Below, piece after piece: positions 21,936-33,263 of a stretch of 64,000 nt of DNA. The stretch is from positions 256,001 through 320,000 of the forward strand of contig CAVSCK010000003.1 of assembly GCA_963726455.1 (NCBI GenBank). The letters run 5' to 3'. This stretch comes from an uncultured bacterium (lineage in GTDB: Bacteria; Zixibacteria; MSB-5A5; CAIYYT01). The translations under genes and the position numbers were made by a program. Under the pieces are notes generated by a model. That model made no database searches. It was not told the origin of the DNA and saw only the letters and a program-made list of their open reading frames with translations. Position 1 is the stretch's first letter. Each line of letters starts with the position of its first letter.

Positions 21936-23936
21936 TCATCGTACTCGAATCGGCATCACAACCATAGTTTGCCCGTCCCAGATCAACCGCTTTTGCAGTG
22001 AAAATGCCGTCTGGTTGTGTAACAGACGCGTATACCACGATTCGTGTTGAAAAACCAACTGCCCCGCAAAGAAAGTAATTCGCGAAAACTCCTTGGCGGT
22101 CTCGGCGCACAGAGTGTGCGCATCTTCGACGACATCGGTCCCAACCGACATCCGATACGTTGCCGGCACGCCCAATCGCTCCGCCAGCGCCACATATTGC
22201 TTCAGCGATTTCTCCGTACGATCTTTCAAGATCTAACAATTGCTCCGACCCCTTCATCTCGCCCGAATCCACCACGCCGACCGACAGGAAGACCAGATTA
22301 TGAAATTGGCCCGGAAACGATTTCAGTACATTGAGCACCGTGTGAACGCCTAGTCCACCGTAACCCGCGACCAGCACGCCTGCCGTCGGCTGTCGCGGAT
22401 CAAGATCGGCGCGCTGCGACGCCAGCGGTTCTTCCGGTATGTCGGACAAATCCCGATTCAACAAGTTGATCTTGGCGGCGACGTTGTTGTAATGTCTGCG
22501 TATTATCATGCACAGCACAACCAGGACACCCGTAATTACGACCGTCAGCCAGCCGCCTTCCATAAACTTCTCCGCCGTCGTAATAGTCAAAACCGTCGCG
22601 CACAGCAGAAAGCCCACCGTGAACAGCGACGTGTGTCCGATCCAACCTTTCTGCCCGTGCCGCTTGATCCACATCTTCAACATCCCGAACATCGACAGCG
22701 AAAACGTCAGGAACACGTTGATACTGTACATCACAATCAGACTGTGGATATTTCCGCGCGTGTACAGAACAATAGCCAGCGACGCGGCGCCCATCACTAT
22801 GATCCCATTCTGCGTCGTCAACCGTTCCGACAACGTGGAAAAATGGCGCGGTACCCAGGAATCCACGGCCATGTTCGCCAATACGCGCGGTCCGTCAATA
22901 AAACCGGCTTGCGCAGCGACCACCAGTAGCGCTCCCGCGGAGAACATCGCCAGCACGACAAACACTTCGCCGCCGGGCATATTCCCCACCACTCGATAAG
23001 CCAACACGGCATTCATCGTCTTCCCCGGTTCCGGCGCAATATCCCACAGCAGATAGCATATCAGCAGACCGGCGGCCGTAATCGACAACGACACCGCCAT
23101 ATACACCATCGTTCGCTTGGCGGTATGCACCCGCGGCTCCCGCATGATCGGAATACCGTTCGAAACCGCCTCAATTCCGGTATACGTGCCGCCACCCATC
23201 GAATAGGCGCGCGCAAATAGCGCCACCATTCCCACCAATCCCATCATTCCGAAACCCGTTTGGAATCCGGTGGTTGCCTGGTCAACGATCACGGGAACGT
23301 TGCCCGCGTGCATCAGAATTCCCGCACCGATCAGCAATGCGTGCGTAACCAGGAACAGAAAGAAAATTGGCGCCAATGCCAGAACCGACTCTCTGACTCC
23401 TCGATGTTAAGCATTGTCAGTACTACAATGACAGCCGCAGTCAGTGGCAGTCGCAGGAATTGCCACTCGACGGGCATCAAGCTGAACAACGCGTCGCCGG
23501 CCGCAACGATCGACACCGCAATCGTCAGAATGTAGTCGACCAGGAGCGCGCTGCCTGACACCACGCCGATGTGTGCCCCCAGCAGTTTCGACGCCACCAG
23601 ATAACCGCCACCACCATGCGGAAATTCCTCGATGATGCGGCTGTAGCCCATCGAGATAATGAACACCGTTAGCGCCGTGGCCGCTGCCAGTCCGAACGCC
23701 AGATAGGTTTGTCCTTGCAACGCGCGGAATGCTTCCTCCGGACCGTAGGACGATGACGACAATCCATCGGCGCCCAATCCGATCCAGGCCAGCACCGGTA
23801 TCAGAGATATTTTGTGAAATAACGATGGTTCCGAAATATCGCGCGGCTTGCCGAACAGGATATGCTTGACGCGCGAACCGAGGCGTTCGCCGTCATCCGG
23901 ATTAGTATTGGGTGATTGCGGCTCAATATTCGACAT
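21936..23936 (-). CDS. APC-superfamily permease, KimA/YdaO-like (split by indels)
   Basis: GADGLSSSSYGPEE, HGGGGYLVAS, LLVDYILTIAVS, TGIEAVSNG. Confidence 0.88.
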
Positions 23937-23986
23937 GTATTTCGGGCAACGAACCCGCGTCCTTTCATAGGTTATATCGGGCGATG

Positions 23987-24015
23987 AATCTATTGTCACT
24001 CAATGGGGATGTCAA
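23987..24015 (-). promoter_or_regulatory. Sigma70 promoter of the permease
   Basis: TTGACA-N17-TAGATT. Confidence 0.65.
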
Positions 24016-24057
24016 ATGAAACTTGGCTCGTCAGCCATGGTGGGACAAATGAAACAA

Positions 24058-24131
24058 TCGGGGTGAGAGGATTTGAACCTCCGACATCTTGCTCCCAAAG
24101 CAAGCGCGCTACCGGGCTGCGCCACACCCCG
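24058..24131 (-). tRNA. tRNA-Pro (UGG); CCA not encoded
   Basis: CGGGGTGTGGCGCAGCCCGGTAGCGCG-CTTGC-TTTGGGA-GCAAG..GGTTCAAATCC..CACCCCGA cloverleaf; TTGACT-N16-TATTAT upstream. Confidence 0.96.
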
Positions 24132-24336
24132 AATCGCCAAACGGCGGACTAATAATAGACACCGACGCCGTGAAGTCAAGCGGCAATTAGGTCTCAATTC
24201 GCCCTGAATATGGTCGTTTCATTCAATCCTGGACTTTTTTGCCATTGACTTGACTCCCGCAGGCGGGGTATCTTCCGCATGTGAATATGCCTGTCCGTGA
24301 TCTGCACATAGACTGAATCTGGAGAAACGCTGTCGT

Positions 24337-26030
24337 ATGCCTGAAATCACTCGTGAAGAAATGGAAGTTGACGTCCTGCTTGTCGGCGCCGGACCGGCCA
24401 ATCTCGCCTGTGCCTACCGGCTTCTGGAATTGATCGAACAGGATACAGCCGCATGGCGGCAACTCGGCGAAACTGTCATCATGGTAATCGAAAAAGGCGC
24501 ACATGTCGGCGCCCATTCGATTTCCGGAGCCGTGCTCGATCCCGTTTCTCTCAAAGAACTGATTCCGAATTTCGCCGAATTGGGTGCTCCCGTCGACACA
24601 CCGGTCACATCCGAGACCATGTTGTATCTGACCAAGGGCGGCAAATTCAAAGTTCCCTGGGTGCCTTCCAGCATGCATCATCACGGCTGCTATGTCATCT
24701 CCCTTAATGAACTGGTAAGTTGGCTCGGCGCACAACTCGAAGCAAAGGGCTGCGAGATCTTCGCCGGAACTGCCGGCGCCAAGCTGCTTTTCGAAGGTGA
24801 CAAAGTTGTCGGTGTACAGACCGACGATAAAGGCATCAACAAAGAAGGCGAGCAGAAAGCCGTCGTTTGAGCCGGGAATGAATCTGCGAGCCAAAGTCAC
24901 CGTCTTGGTGAAGGCGTACGCGGTTCGCTGACCAAAACACTAATCAGCAAACTCAAACTTGGATGACGATCGCAATCCGCAGACCTACACTACCGGCGTC
25001 AAAGAACTCTGGGAATTCCCGGCCGGAACGCTGAAGCCGGGCACTGTCTATCACACGATGGGCTTTCCGCTCGACCATGCAGACCTTCGGCGGCGGATTT
25101 ATTTATCATCTTTCCGACACTCTGATGTCGATCGGCATTGGTTGTCGGACTGAATTATCGTAATCCCTTCACCGAACCACAGGCGCTGTTTTCGAAGATG
25201 AAGACGCATCCGTACATCGCCAAGATGCTCGACAAGGGCAAGATGATTCGTTACGGCGCCAAGGCGATTCCCGAAGGTGGCTACTGGTCGATCCCCAAGA
25301 ACTACGGCGATGGGTTCCTCGATCACCGGCGACGCTACCGCGTTTCTCAATCCGGCTCGATCTGAAGGGAATTCATCTGGCGATCAAGTCAGGTATGCTC
25401 GCAGCCGAGACCATTTTCGCCGCGCTCAAGAAAGGTGATTTCTCTGATTCGGCGCTGTCGCACTACGATCAAAAATGGCGTTCATCTTTCATCTACAAGG
25501 AACTTGTACGGCCAGCGCAATTTCCACCACATGTTCGAGCACGGTGTTTGGTCGGCGCCGGGATTTGTCTTCAAACAACTCCTGAAAGGCCCCAAGGCGT
25601 TTCGCACCAAACCGCCATCGATCATCTGAGGACTCATCTCAATATGCGCAAGCTGGCTGACTATTTCGGCGGCATTCGTGCCAAAGCCGGAACAGTGGCG
25701 TCCCAAACCGGATGGCAAATTGGTGATGAGCAAGCTGGATGCCGTCTATTTCTCCGGCACCCATCATGAGGAAGACCAGCCGTCGCATCTGCTCGTCAGC
25801 GACACCAATATCTGCGCGACAAAATGCGTGTCAAGAATACGGCAATCCCTGCCAGTTCTTCTGTCCGGCGCAGGTTTACGAGATGGAAGAGTCCGAAGGC
25901 AAACTGCAGATTGAAAATCAATGCGTCAAACTGCGTCCACTGCAAGACGTGTGATATCGCCGATCCTTACGCCATTATTACGTGGGTACCGCCCGAGGGC
26001 GGCGGCGGGCCAAAGTACGACGGCCTGTAG
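24337..26030 (+). CDS. Electron transfer flavoprotein:quinone oxidoreductase (split by indels)
   Basis: [75 protein letters not shown]. Confidence 0.93.
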
Positions 26031-26035
26031 ACCGG

Positions 26036-27604
26036 CTAATTCAGTGGCACCAGCTTGACTGCCTGCTGGTCGATTTTCGGCAACAATCGTTTATCGACCT
26101 GAAACCGATATTCTTTGCTCCCCGGCTTTTGCAGACTTTCGCCGCTGAAGCCGACTCCATACTTCCCGGTAATGACATTGGTATAGAAATCGTAAGTGCC
26201 GATTTCATTCTCTTTGGTTGAGAACATCAAGGCATAATGCTGCTGCTGCCAGGAGTTGTCGGAGAAATACTCCTTGTAAAGCGAACTCTGGTATGCGTCA
26301 GCGGTCTGTGTCGATCCAATCAAGAGAGCTGCTTTCGCCCCGTCAGCTTTCGGGCTCACGAACACATTGTAGTGTGCGCTATCCTCCAAAATCCGCAGTG
26401 AGAAGTTCGGTGTGCCCGACTCATACACCAGCTTACCCTTATTCGGCGCGCCGGCACTGATACCGGCGTACTTCTGCGTCTTCACGAATGCTTTGAACTC
26501 CGACTCCAAAACGGTCCAACTCTTACCGGTGGCGGCAGCCGCTAGACTCTCGAACTTCTTTTGCGTGATCGCTTTGACTTGTTCCTCGCTGCCCGATAGT
26601 TCACGGTACAACTTAAAGTATTTTTCATGTCCCAGTTTCTCGAACAGGAACTTGCAGAACAATCCGGCCACCGGATACGAAAAATCAGGATTGTCTTCCA
26701 TCCCTCGGAATCCGTCGTAAGTGAGTAGCTTGTCCCACTCATGGTAATTATTCAAATAGATGTAACTTCCGACATAGAGCATCACTTCCGGAGACCGGCC
26801 CCAGCGACCGCCCAAAAACGTTGCGGTTCCTTCCTCGATAAATGGCAGCGTATAGTACGGAATCGAATCATTCGCGTAGGCGACCAGCAGTTGCGCAATC
26901 TCATGGTATGGCGGCAGAAACTTGCTTACCACTGCATCCAGCGGGCGGTAAAATACGCCGTGCGCCGGTAAACCGGTCAGCATCTGCACTTCTCCGTAAG
27001 ATTCGCAGAGAATGATGCGAAACTTCGCCTTCTCCAGATTCGCCATTTTCGCATCGGAAATCCCCAGCGTCTTGGCCGTCTCTTCCACAAACTGGTCCGC
27101 CGCCGTGATATTGCCGTTTTGCAGCAACGTCAGGTCGCGATAGGTCAGGTCAAAATATTTTCCCTCGGCCTGCTCCCAACTTTCCGTAAACACCCGCAGC
27201 GTTGACGCCAATGAAGGTTCCACCGTCGAGGTGGTCACGGCATAATAGACGCCGGTGTACGTTGTATCCTGCGTTTTCAGTGAGTAGCTGATTCTGGCAA
27301 ATCCCCGGTTGACCGTGATCGTATCGACCGTTACCTTGGCGGTGCCGGCTTTGAGCGCGTCCAGGTTTTCCAGTATTTGCGAACCTGCATCCACCTTGAT
27401 CGGGGTATCTTTATAGCGAATTCCGAGCTGATCTGACCAGGTGCGATCCAATAGCGACCAATGATTGAGTGCAAACCGATTGTCGCCCGCCTTCAGGGCG
27501 GCGACGTATCCGTAGAAAAATGCCTGAACTTCGTCTTGCGAAATTTCCGCCATCGCAATTTGAGAGTAAAGCAGTAGGCAAATTATCAGAACTCGTTTCA
27601 TCAT
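26036..27604 (-). CDS. Secreted protein with degenerate peptidase-MA (gluzincin)-like region
   Basis: Signal peptide; PYHEIAQLL..FIEEGTATFL..SYPVAGLFCKFL. Confidence 0.6.
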   Translation of the reverse strand: MMKRVLIICLLLYSQIAMAEISQDEVQAFFYGYVAALKAGDNRFALNHWSLLDRTWSDQLGIRYKDTPIKVDAGSQILENLDALKAGTAKVTVDTITVNRGFARISYSLKTQDTTYTGVYYAVTTSTVEPSLASTLRVFTESWEQAEGKYFDLTYRDLTLLQNGNITAADQFVEETAKTLGISDAKMANLEKAKFRIILCESYGEVQMLTGLPAHGVFYRPLDAVVSKFLPPYHEIAQLLVAYANDSIPYYTLPFIEEGTATFLGGRWGRSPEVMLYVGSYIYLNNYHEWDKLLTYDGFRGMEDNPDFSYPVAGLFCKFLFEKLGHEKYFKLYRELSGSEEQVKAITQKKFESLAAAATGKSWTVLESEFKAFVKTQKYAGISAGAPNKGKLVYESGTPNFSLRILEDSAHYNVFVSPKADGAKAALLIGSTQTADAYQSSLYKEYFSDNSWQQQHYALMFSTKENEIGTYDFYTNVITGKYGVGFSGESLQKPGSKEYRFQVDKRLLPKIDQQAVKLVPLN

Positions 27605-27748
27605 GTCTCCTGTGTTCGCTACAATACCATTGTCCCGGATCCTTGCAGTCCCGGCGCCCGGAACGTCGATGCGTCCCGATTTATTAATTATAAACCAATG
27701 CAGCGCGAGAATCTAAGATTTTTTGCAGGGAATTGCGGCTATTCCGCG

Positions 27749-28057
27749 TCAACTGAGGCGCACATACACAAATCCGTCGACGACTTCGACGTCGTAGGTC
27801 TCGATTTTGACTCCTGGGGCTTCAAGTGACTGGCCGGTAACCACGTTCAGCCGCCAACCATGCATCGGACAGGTTGCCACTTCCCCATCCAGTTCGCCCC
27901 CCTCGTAACTCGCGCCCTGGTGCGGACAGATGTCCTCGACGGCATAATACCGGCTTTCGACTTTGAATATCGCCACCGGCCTGCCGTCAATCTCGACCGC
28001 CAGCGCCGTGTCATCCGGCACCTCGTCGACGGAACATACTTTTACGTAATCCTCCAT
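27749..28057 (-). CDS. Rieske-type [2Fe-2S] ferredoxin
   Basis: CPHQG and CPMHG motifs. Confidence 0.92.
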   Translation of the reverse strand: MEDYVKVCSVDEVPDDTALAVEIDGRPVAIFKVESRYYAVEDICPHQGASYEGGELDGEVATCPMHGWRLNVVTGQSLEAPGVKIETYDVEVVDGFVYVRLS

Positions 28058-28121
28058 ATCGGCGCCAATATGTCGTTTGAACTTCAAAAGTCAAGGACGA
28101 CTGTTGGCTCCAGAAGGACGT

Positions 28122-28574
28122 CTAAAGAATTTCGAGTAGTTGCTCGGCATGCGCCTCGGTGTCAACTTTGGCAATCACCTCGGCAATCTTGCCGTCCTCT
28201 CCGATGACGAAAGTTGTTCTCGCAATCCCCATCGACTTCTTGCCGTACATGTTCTTCTCCACCCAGACCCCGAACTTCTCGGCAACCTTGTGATCAAGAT
28301 CGGACAGCAGCGGAAACGGCAGATTGTATTTGTCGGTGAATTTGACATGGCTTTCGACACTGTCAGGCGAGATTCCGTATACCGTCACGCCTTGTTTCAA
28401 GAGTCGCTTATGCGAGTCGCGAATGGAACATGCTTCCTTCGTGCAACCCGGAGTGTCGTCCTTGGGGTAGAAGTAGAGCACGACCTTCTTGCCTTTCCAA
28501 TCGGTTGATTTCACAATCGTGCCATCAGTCTGCTTCAATGAAAACTGCGGTAGCTTATCCCCGGCTTTCAACAT
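28122..28574 (-). CDS. bcp: Thioredoxin-dependent peroxiredoxin Bcp
   Basis: LYFYPKDDTPGCTKEAC. Confidence 0.95.
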   Translation of the reverse strand: MLKAGDKLPQFSLKQTDGTIVKSTDWKGKKVVLYFYPKDDTPGCTKEACSIRDSHKRLLKQGVTVYGISPDSVESHVKFTDKYNLPFPLLSDLDHKVAEKFGVWVEKNMYGKKSMGIARTTFVIGEDGKIAEVIAKVDTEAHAEQLLEIL

Positions 28575-28680
28575 CTTTGCTCCTCCGTCTTATCTTCAGT
28601 TCAATATTTCACTCACCATAATGAATACGAATGAAAGTTTTAGTTGATATTAGCTCCGCAACCTCCTTTTATACCACTGC

Positions 28681-29123
28681 ATGTTGAGCGAATTGCAGGA
28701 GATCTTTCGCGAAGCATACATCAAGGAACGCCGGTTGAATCTGCTATACGGTGTTCTTACGGAAATCGTCGAAGCCGAGGGTGACGGCAACGGTTTCTTT
28801 GTCAAGGCGCGTGAAGATCAAGACGGCGATCTGCAGATGTTGCAGGAGATAAATCAGAAGTACGGCAATGCCGGACATTGATCCCAGCATTCTCGAAAAG
28901 ATGGGTGATAGTCTGCTGCACTTGCGTTCCAATCACAAGGGCAAAGAGGAACTGCTGCAGGAAATTCTCGAGTGCGAAAAGGAACTGGTCGACATCTACC
29001 AGCGACTCGTTGCGCTTTCTCACATCGGACGATCAAACGCGGCGGCTGATCAACCGCATCCTGACTGTCAAGCTCAACCACAAACTTGAGATCATCGACT
29101 CACTCCACAAATACACTCCCTAG
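28681..29123 (+). CDS. Hypothetical all-helical protein, possibly ferritin-like (split by indels)
   Basis: Three overlapping ORFs join into a Glu-rich helical protein (EAYIKE..Y / ILECEKELVDIY..LINRIL..NH). Confidence 0.55.
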
Positions 29124-29180
29124 TCTGTAATACCTGTTGGCACTGGCAATCAGCGCAATCTGCACTCGCATCAAAACCGC

Positions 29181-29209
29181 TTGACACGAATCAGTCCCCG
29201 CCTTACATT
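29181..29209 (+). promoter_or_regulatory. Sigma70 promoter of the pyr operon
   Basis: TTGACA-N17-TACATT. Confidence 0.75.
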
Positions 29210-29223
29210 AGCCGCTCAGTTTG

Positions 29224-29257
29224 TTCCTTTAATCGGGTCCCGCGAGACCGAAAGGAA
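29224..29257 (+). promoter_or_regulatory. PyrR-binding RNA element
   Basis: TTCCTTTAA-TCGGGTCCCGCGAGACCGA-AAGGAA resembles the CUUUAA..RGUCCNGNGAG binding loop; lies in the pyrR leader. Confidence 0.8.
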
Positions 29258-29340
29258 GAAAATGCACGCCGTTACGAATATCCAGCTGAAACAGCGCTCT
29301 TATACCATTGTGACGATAACTTCATTGTAAAGGAGTCACC

Positions 29341-29935
29341 TTGCCTGAAAAAGAGTATACAGTAATCATGGATGCGAAACAGATTTCGCATGCCATCACG
29401 CGCATCGCCCATGAGATTCTCGAATCGCTCGAGCGAGTCGGATAAACTCGCCGATCATCGGCATCCGTTCCAACGGCGATCATCTCGCCGATCGTCTGGC
29501 GGCGACGATCAAGAAGATCGACGGCCGCGAGATCGACGTCGGCTACATGGATATCACGCTATATCGCGATGATCTGCTGACCAATCCCGAACATCCGGAG
29601 ATCAAAGCTACCGAGATTCTCTTCCCGGTAGATCACAAGGTTATCATGCTCGTGGATGATGTCCTCTTCACCGGCAGAACTATCCGCGCTGCGCTGAACC
29701 AGATACCCGACTACGGTCGTCCCGAGGCCGTGCGGCTGGCGGTCCTGGTTGATCGCGGCGGCAGAGAGCTGCCGATTCGCGCCGATTTCGTCGGCAAGAA
29801 CATTCCCACCTCGCGCCATGACGACGTCGTCGTCAAACTGAAAGAACGCGGCGGCGACGATTCCGTGCTGCTGCGTCGGGACGAAGCGAGCCGAGAAAGC
29901 CGAAGAAAGCAGCCAAGAAAGGGAGCAAGAAATGA
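29341..29935 (+). CDS. pyrR: Pyrimidine operon regulator / uracil phosphoribosyltransferase PyrR (split by indels)
   Basis: SD plus TTG start; ITRIAHEILE, DITLYRDDL, LVDDVLFTGRTIRAAL, LVDRGGRELPIRADFVGKN. Confidence 0.94.
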
Positions 29936-30876
29936 CCGTAAAACGCAAGCATCTTGCTCGGTTTGGAAGAGCTCGAACCGCACGAGATCATGAGCTTTCT
30001 GGAATCCGCCAAGGTCTTTCGCGAAGTATTGGATCGTCCGATCAAGAAGGTCGCGCCGTTGCGTGGTCTGACTGTCGTCAATCTCTTCTTTGAACCGTCA
30101 ACCCGCACGCGCGTTGTCGTTCGAACTGGCGGAGAAGCGTCTTTCCGCCGACACGGTCAGTTTCACGACCGCGACATCGTCGGTAAAGAAAGGCGAGACT
30201 CTGAAAGACACCGTCCGCAATATCGAAGCGATGAAGATTGACATGATCGTCATTCGCCACCAATCATCGGGCGTTCCCTACTTCCTGACGCGCTTCTCCG
30301 ATGCCTGCATTGTCAACGCCGGCGACGGTCAGCATGAACATCCGACCCAGGGTCTGCTCGATCTCTATACGATCTGGACCAAATACAAGAAGATCAAAGG
30401 CCTGCGCGTCGTGCTGATGGGTGACGCCAAACATTCGCGCGTGATTCGTTCCAACATCTGGGGACTGACCAAGCTGGGCGCTTCGGTTGCCGTCTGCGGA
30501 CCGCCAACTCTGCTGCCGGTGGAACTGGAAAAGATGGGGGTCGAGGTCTACACCGATATCGACAAGGCGCTGGATGGCGCCGATGTCGTCAACGTCATGC
30601 GCATCCAACTGGAACGCCAGACATCAGGACTGCTGCCGTCACTGCGCGAATACACGACACTCTTCGGCATCACCCAGCGAACGTCTGAAACGTCTCAACA
30701 AGAACTACACGATCATGCATCCGGGACCCATCAATCGCGGTATCGAACTGGCCGACGATGTCGCCGACAGCGACAACTCGGTTATTCTGGAGCAGGTTAC
30801 CAACGGCGTCGCCGTGCGGATGGCGGTGCTTTATCTTCTGGCAGCAAGCGAGGGCAAGAATGTCAAACAAGATTAA
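29932..30876 (+). CDS. pyrB: Aspartate carbamoyltransferase (split by indels)
   Basis: [42 protein letters not shown]. Confidence 0.95.
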
Positions 30877-32167
30877 ACTAATCAAGAACGGGACTCTGAT
30901 TCTTCCCGATAAAAACGAACCGATCGAGGGCGACATCTATCTCGAAGACGGCATCATCAAGAAAATCAATCTGGAGACTGACAGCCGCAAGAAGGAGAAG
31001 ACCGGCGGTGACGGCGTGATCGACGCCAAGGGACTGCTGGTCTTTCCCGGCCTGATCGACATGCATGTGCACTTGCGTGAACCGGGACGCGAGGATGAAG
31101 AAACGATCGCCACCGGCACCGCTGCCGCTGCCGCCGGCGGATTCACTGCCGTTGCTTGCATGCCGAATACGTTGCCGCCGGTCGACAATCAGGAATCCGT
31201 GATGTTTATCAAGCAACTTGCCCGCGATTGTCCGGCGCGGGTTTATCCCGTCGGCGCTATCAGCAAGGGACGCGCCGGCAAAGAAATCTGCCGAGATCGG
31301 CGAGATGGTGCAACATGGGCGCGGTGGCGATTTCCGATGACGGATCACCGGTGCATGATGCCGCGTATCATGCGGCGTGCTCTGGAATACGCCGGCATGT
31401 TCGGCATTCCGGTCATCAGCCACGCCGAGGATTCGACGCTTGACCGGCAATGGTGTGATGAACGAAGGATACGAATCGACCGACTCGGCATGCCCGGAAT
31501 CCCTCCCTATTCGGAGGAAGTCTGCATCTCGCGCGACATCATTCTCTGCAAACACATCGGCACGCATCTGCATATCGCGCATGTATCGACGAAGGGTTCG
31601 GTGGAACTGGTGCGACGCGCCAAAGCGGAAGGTGTCCATGTGACGGCGGAAGCCACGCCGCATCATTTTACACTCACCGACACGCTGATCGGCAAGGAGT
31701 TCAACACTAATCTGAAGATGATGCCGCCACTGCGAACACAGGAAGATGTTGATGCGATAATCGCCGGTCTGATGGACGGCACCATCGATGCCATCGCTTC
31801 CGATCATGCACCCCATTCATCCGAAGAAAAAGAGGTGGAATTCGATCAGGCGCCCAACGGCATCATCGGTCTGGAAACGACGGTGGGATTGGTCGCGACG
31901 TATTCTGGTGCGACCCGGACATCTGACCTGGAACGATGTTGCCCGCAAGCTTGTCAACTCATCCGGCGCGCATCTTGAAAATTACCGGCGGCGAGTTGAA
32001 AGCCGGGCAAAGTCGCCGACATCACGATCATCGATCCCAAGGCCACCTGGACGGTGCGTGTCGACAAGTTTGCCTCGAAGTCGCGCAATTCACCCTATGA
32101 CGGCTGGAAGCTTCACGGCAAAGTGCGCTATACGATTCTCGGAGGTGAAATCAGCTACGCATCGTAA
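30860..32167 (+). CDS. pyrC: Dihydroorotase (split by indels)
   Basis: [42 protein letters not shown]. Confidence 0.94.
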
Positions 32168-32191
32168 CTGATAGCGTCGCTAGCCCACGGT

Positions 32192-32787
32192 GTGCGCGGC
32201 GTACGTCCTCGCGCGCCGCAAATACGCCTGTGCGTGGCGTACGTCCTCGCCTGCCGCACCAGTAGTCACGCACGGCAGTGCGCCCGTGCGCGGCAGTCGT
32301 CTTCGCCTGCCGCACCAGTAGTCACGCACGGCAGTGCACCCGTGCGCGGCAGTCGTCTTCGCCTGCCGCACGAGTAGTCACGCACGGCAGTGCACCCGTG
32401 CGCGGCAGTCGTCTTCGCCTGCCGCACGAGTAGTCACGCACGGCAGTGCACCCGTGCGCGGCAGTCGTCCTCGCCTGCCGCACGAGTAGTCACGCACGGC
32501 AGTGCACCCCTGCGCGGCGGTCGTCCTCGCCTGCCGCACCAGTAGTCACGCACGGCAGTGCACCCGTGCGCGGCAGTCGTCTTCGCCTGCCGCACCAGTA
32601 GTCACGCACGGCAGTGCACCCGTGCGCGGCAGTCGTCTTCGCCTGCCGCACCAGTAGTCACGCACGGCAGTGCACCCGTGCGCGGCAGTCGTCCTCGCCT
32701 GCCGCACGAGTAGTCACGCACGGCAGTGCACCCGTGCGCGGCAGTCGTCCTCGCCTGCCGCACGAGTAGTCACGCACGGCAGTGCGC
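32192..32787. repeat. Tandem array of ten 56-bp palindromic units plus a degenerate first half-unit (REP/BIME-like)
   Basis: gtgcgcggcagtcgtcYtcgcctgccgcacSagtagtcacgcacggcagtgcaccc starting at 32230, 32286 ... 32734. Confidence 0.95.
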
Positions 32788-33154
32788 TCTAATTATAGCG
32801 CGAATCATTACAATCCGCGATGTCAAAGACCAAGCGAACCTTTAAACGCGTGTTCCGGTGACGGATTCGCTCCGTTAGTCCGGCATGGATAGCTTAGTCG
32901 TTGCCGTGTTGTCATCGGGGATTCCTGATCGGTAGAAGGTTGATTCACAAAACTCCCATTTTGCTCAGCCGCTAATCACCAGACCCACAGAGCCCTCCGG
33001 GGTGACCTTCGGTGCCGCAACCTGTGTTCTACTTATATGGGGTTTTGAGATTTATCCTCAGAAGGAGAGTAAGTGGTTGGGGGAGATGGAAGTGGGAACG
33101 TGGATGCTGGTGAAAGAGGTGGAAAAGAAGGTGATTGGAGGGAGAAAGAAAGTG

Positions 33155-33263
33155 AAAATATTTTTGAGAAATTCCGGCAGGTCACACACCGCGAGGAGAT
33201 GTAACACTCGAAGACAAGAGGTTAGGCGCGGCGCAGGACCTGCCGGAACGGGGAAAATATTTT
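33155..33263. repeat. Inverted-repeat element
   Basis: ttccggcaggtc (33172-33183) / gacctgccggaa (33237-33248), each flanked on the outside by the palindrome aaaatatttt. Confidence 0.7.

Noticed and set aside
23937-24057. c-di-AMP (ydaO) riboswitch before the KimA-like permease; tRNA-anchored island
   Set aside because: The leader is only about 50 nt and lacks recognisable ydaO motifs; no integrase or duplicated tRNA 3' end is seen.
27632-27679. Three GTCCCG repeats upstream of the secreted protein
   Set aside because: Short, irregularly spaced and GC-rich; cannot be distinguished from chance.
32192-32787. CRISPR array or type III TA antitoxin repeats
   Set aside because: Inter-hairpin segments are near-identical (no unique spacers), no cas genes are present, the hairpin recurs singly elsewhere, and the array is not upstream of the toxin-like gene.
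33199-33227. Integron attC site (GTTAGGC core)
   Set aside because: The possible inverse core is imperfect and too close; no integrase or cassette array is present.
33155-33263. Retron msr-msd
   Set aside because: Only 53 nt lie between the inverted arms and there is no reverse transcriptase in the window.
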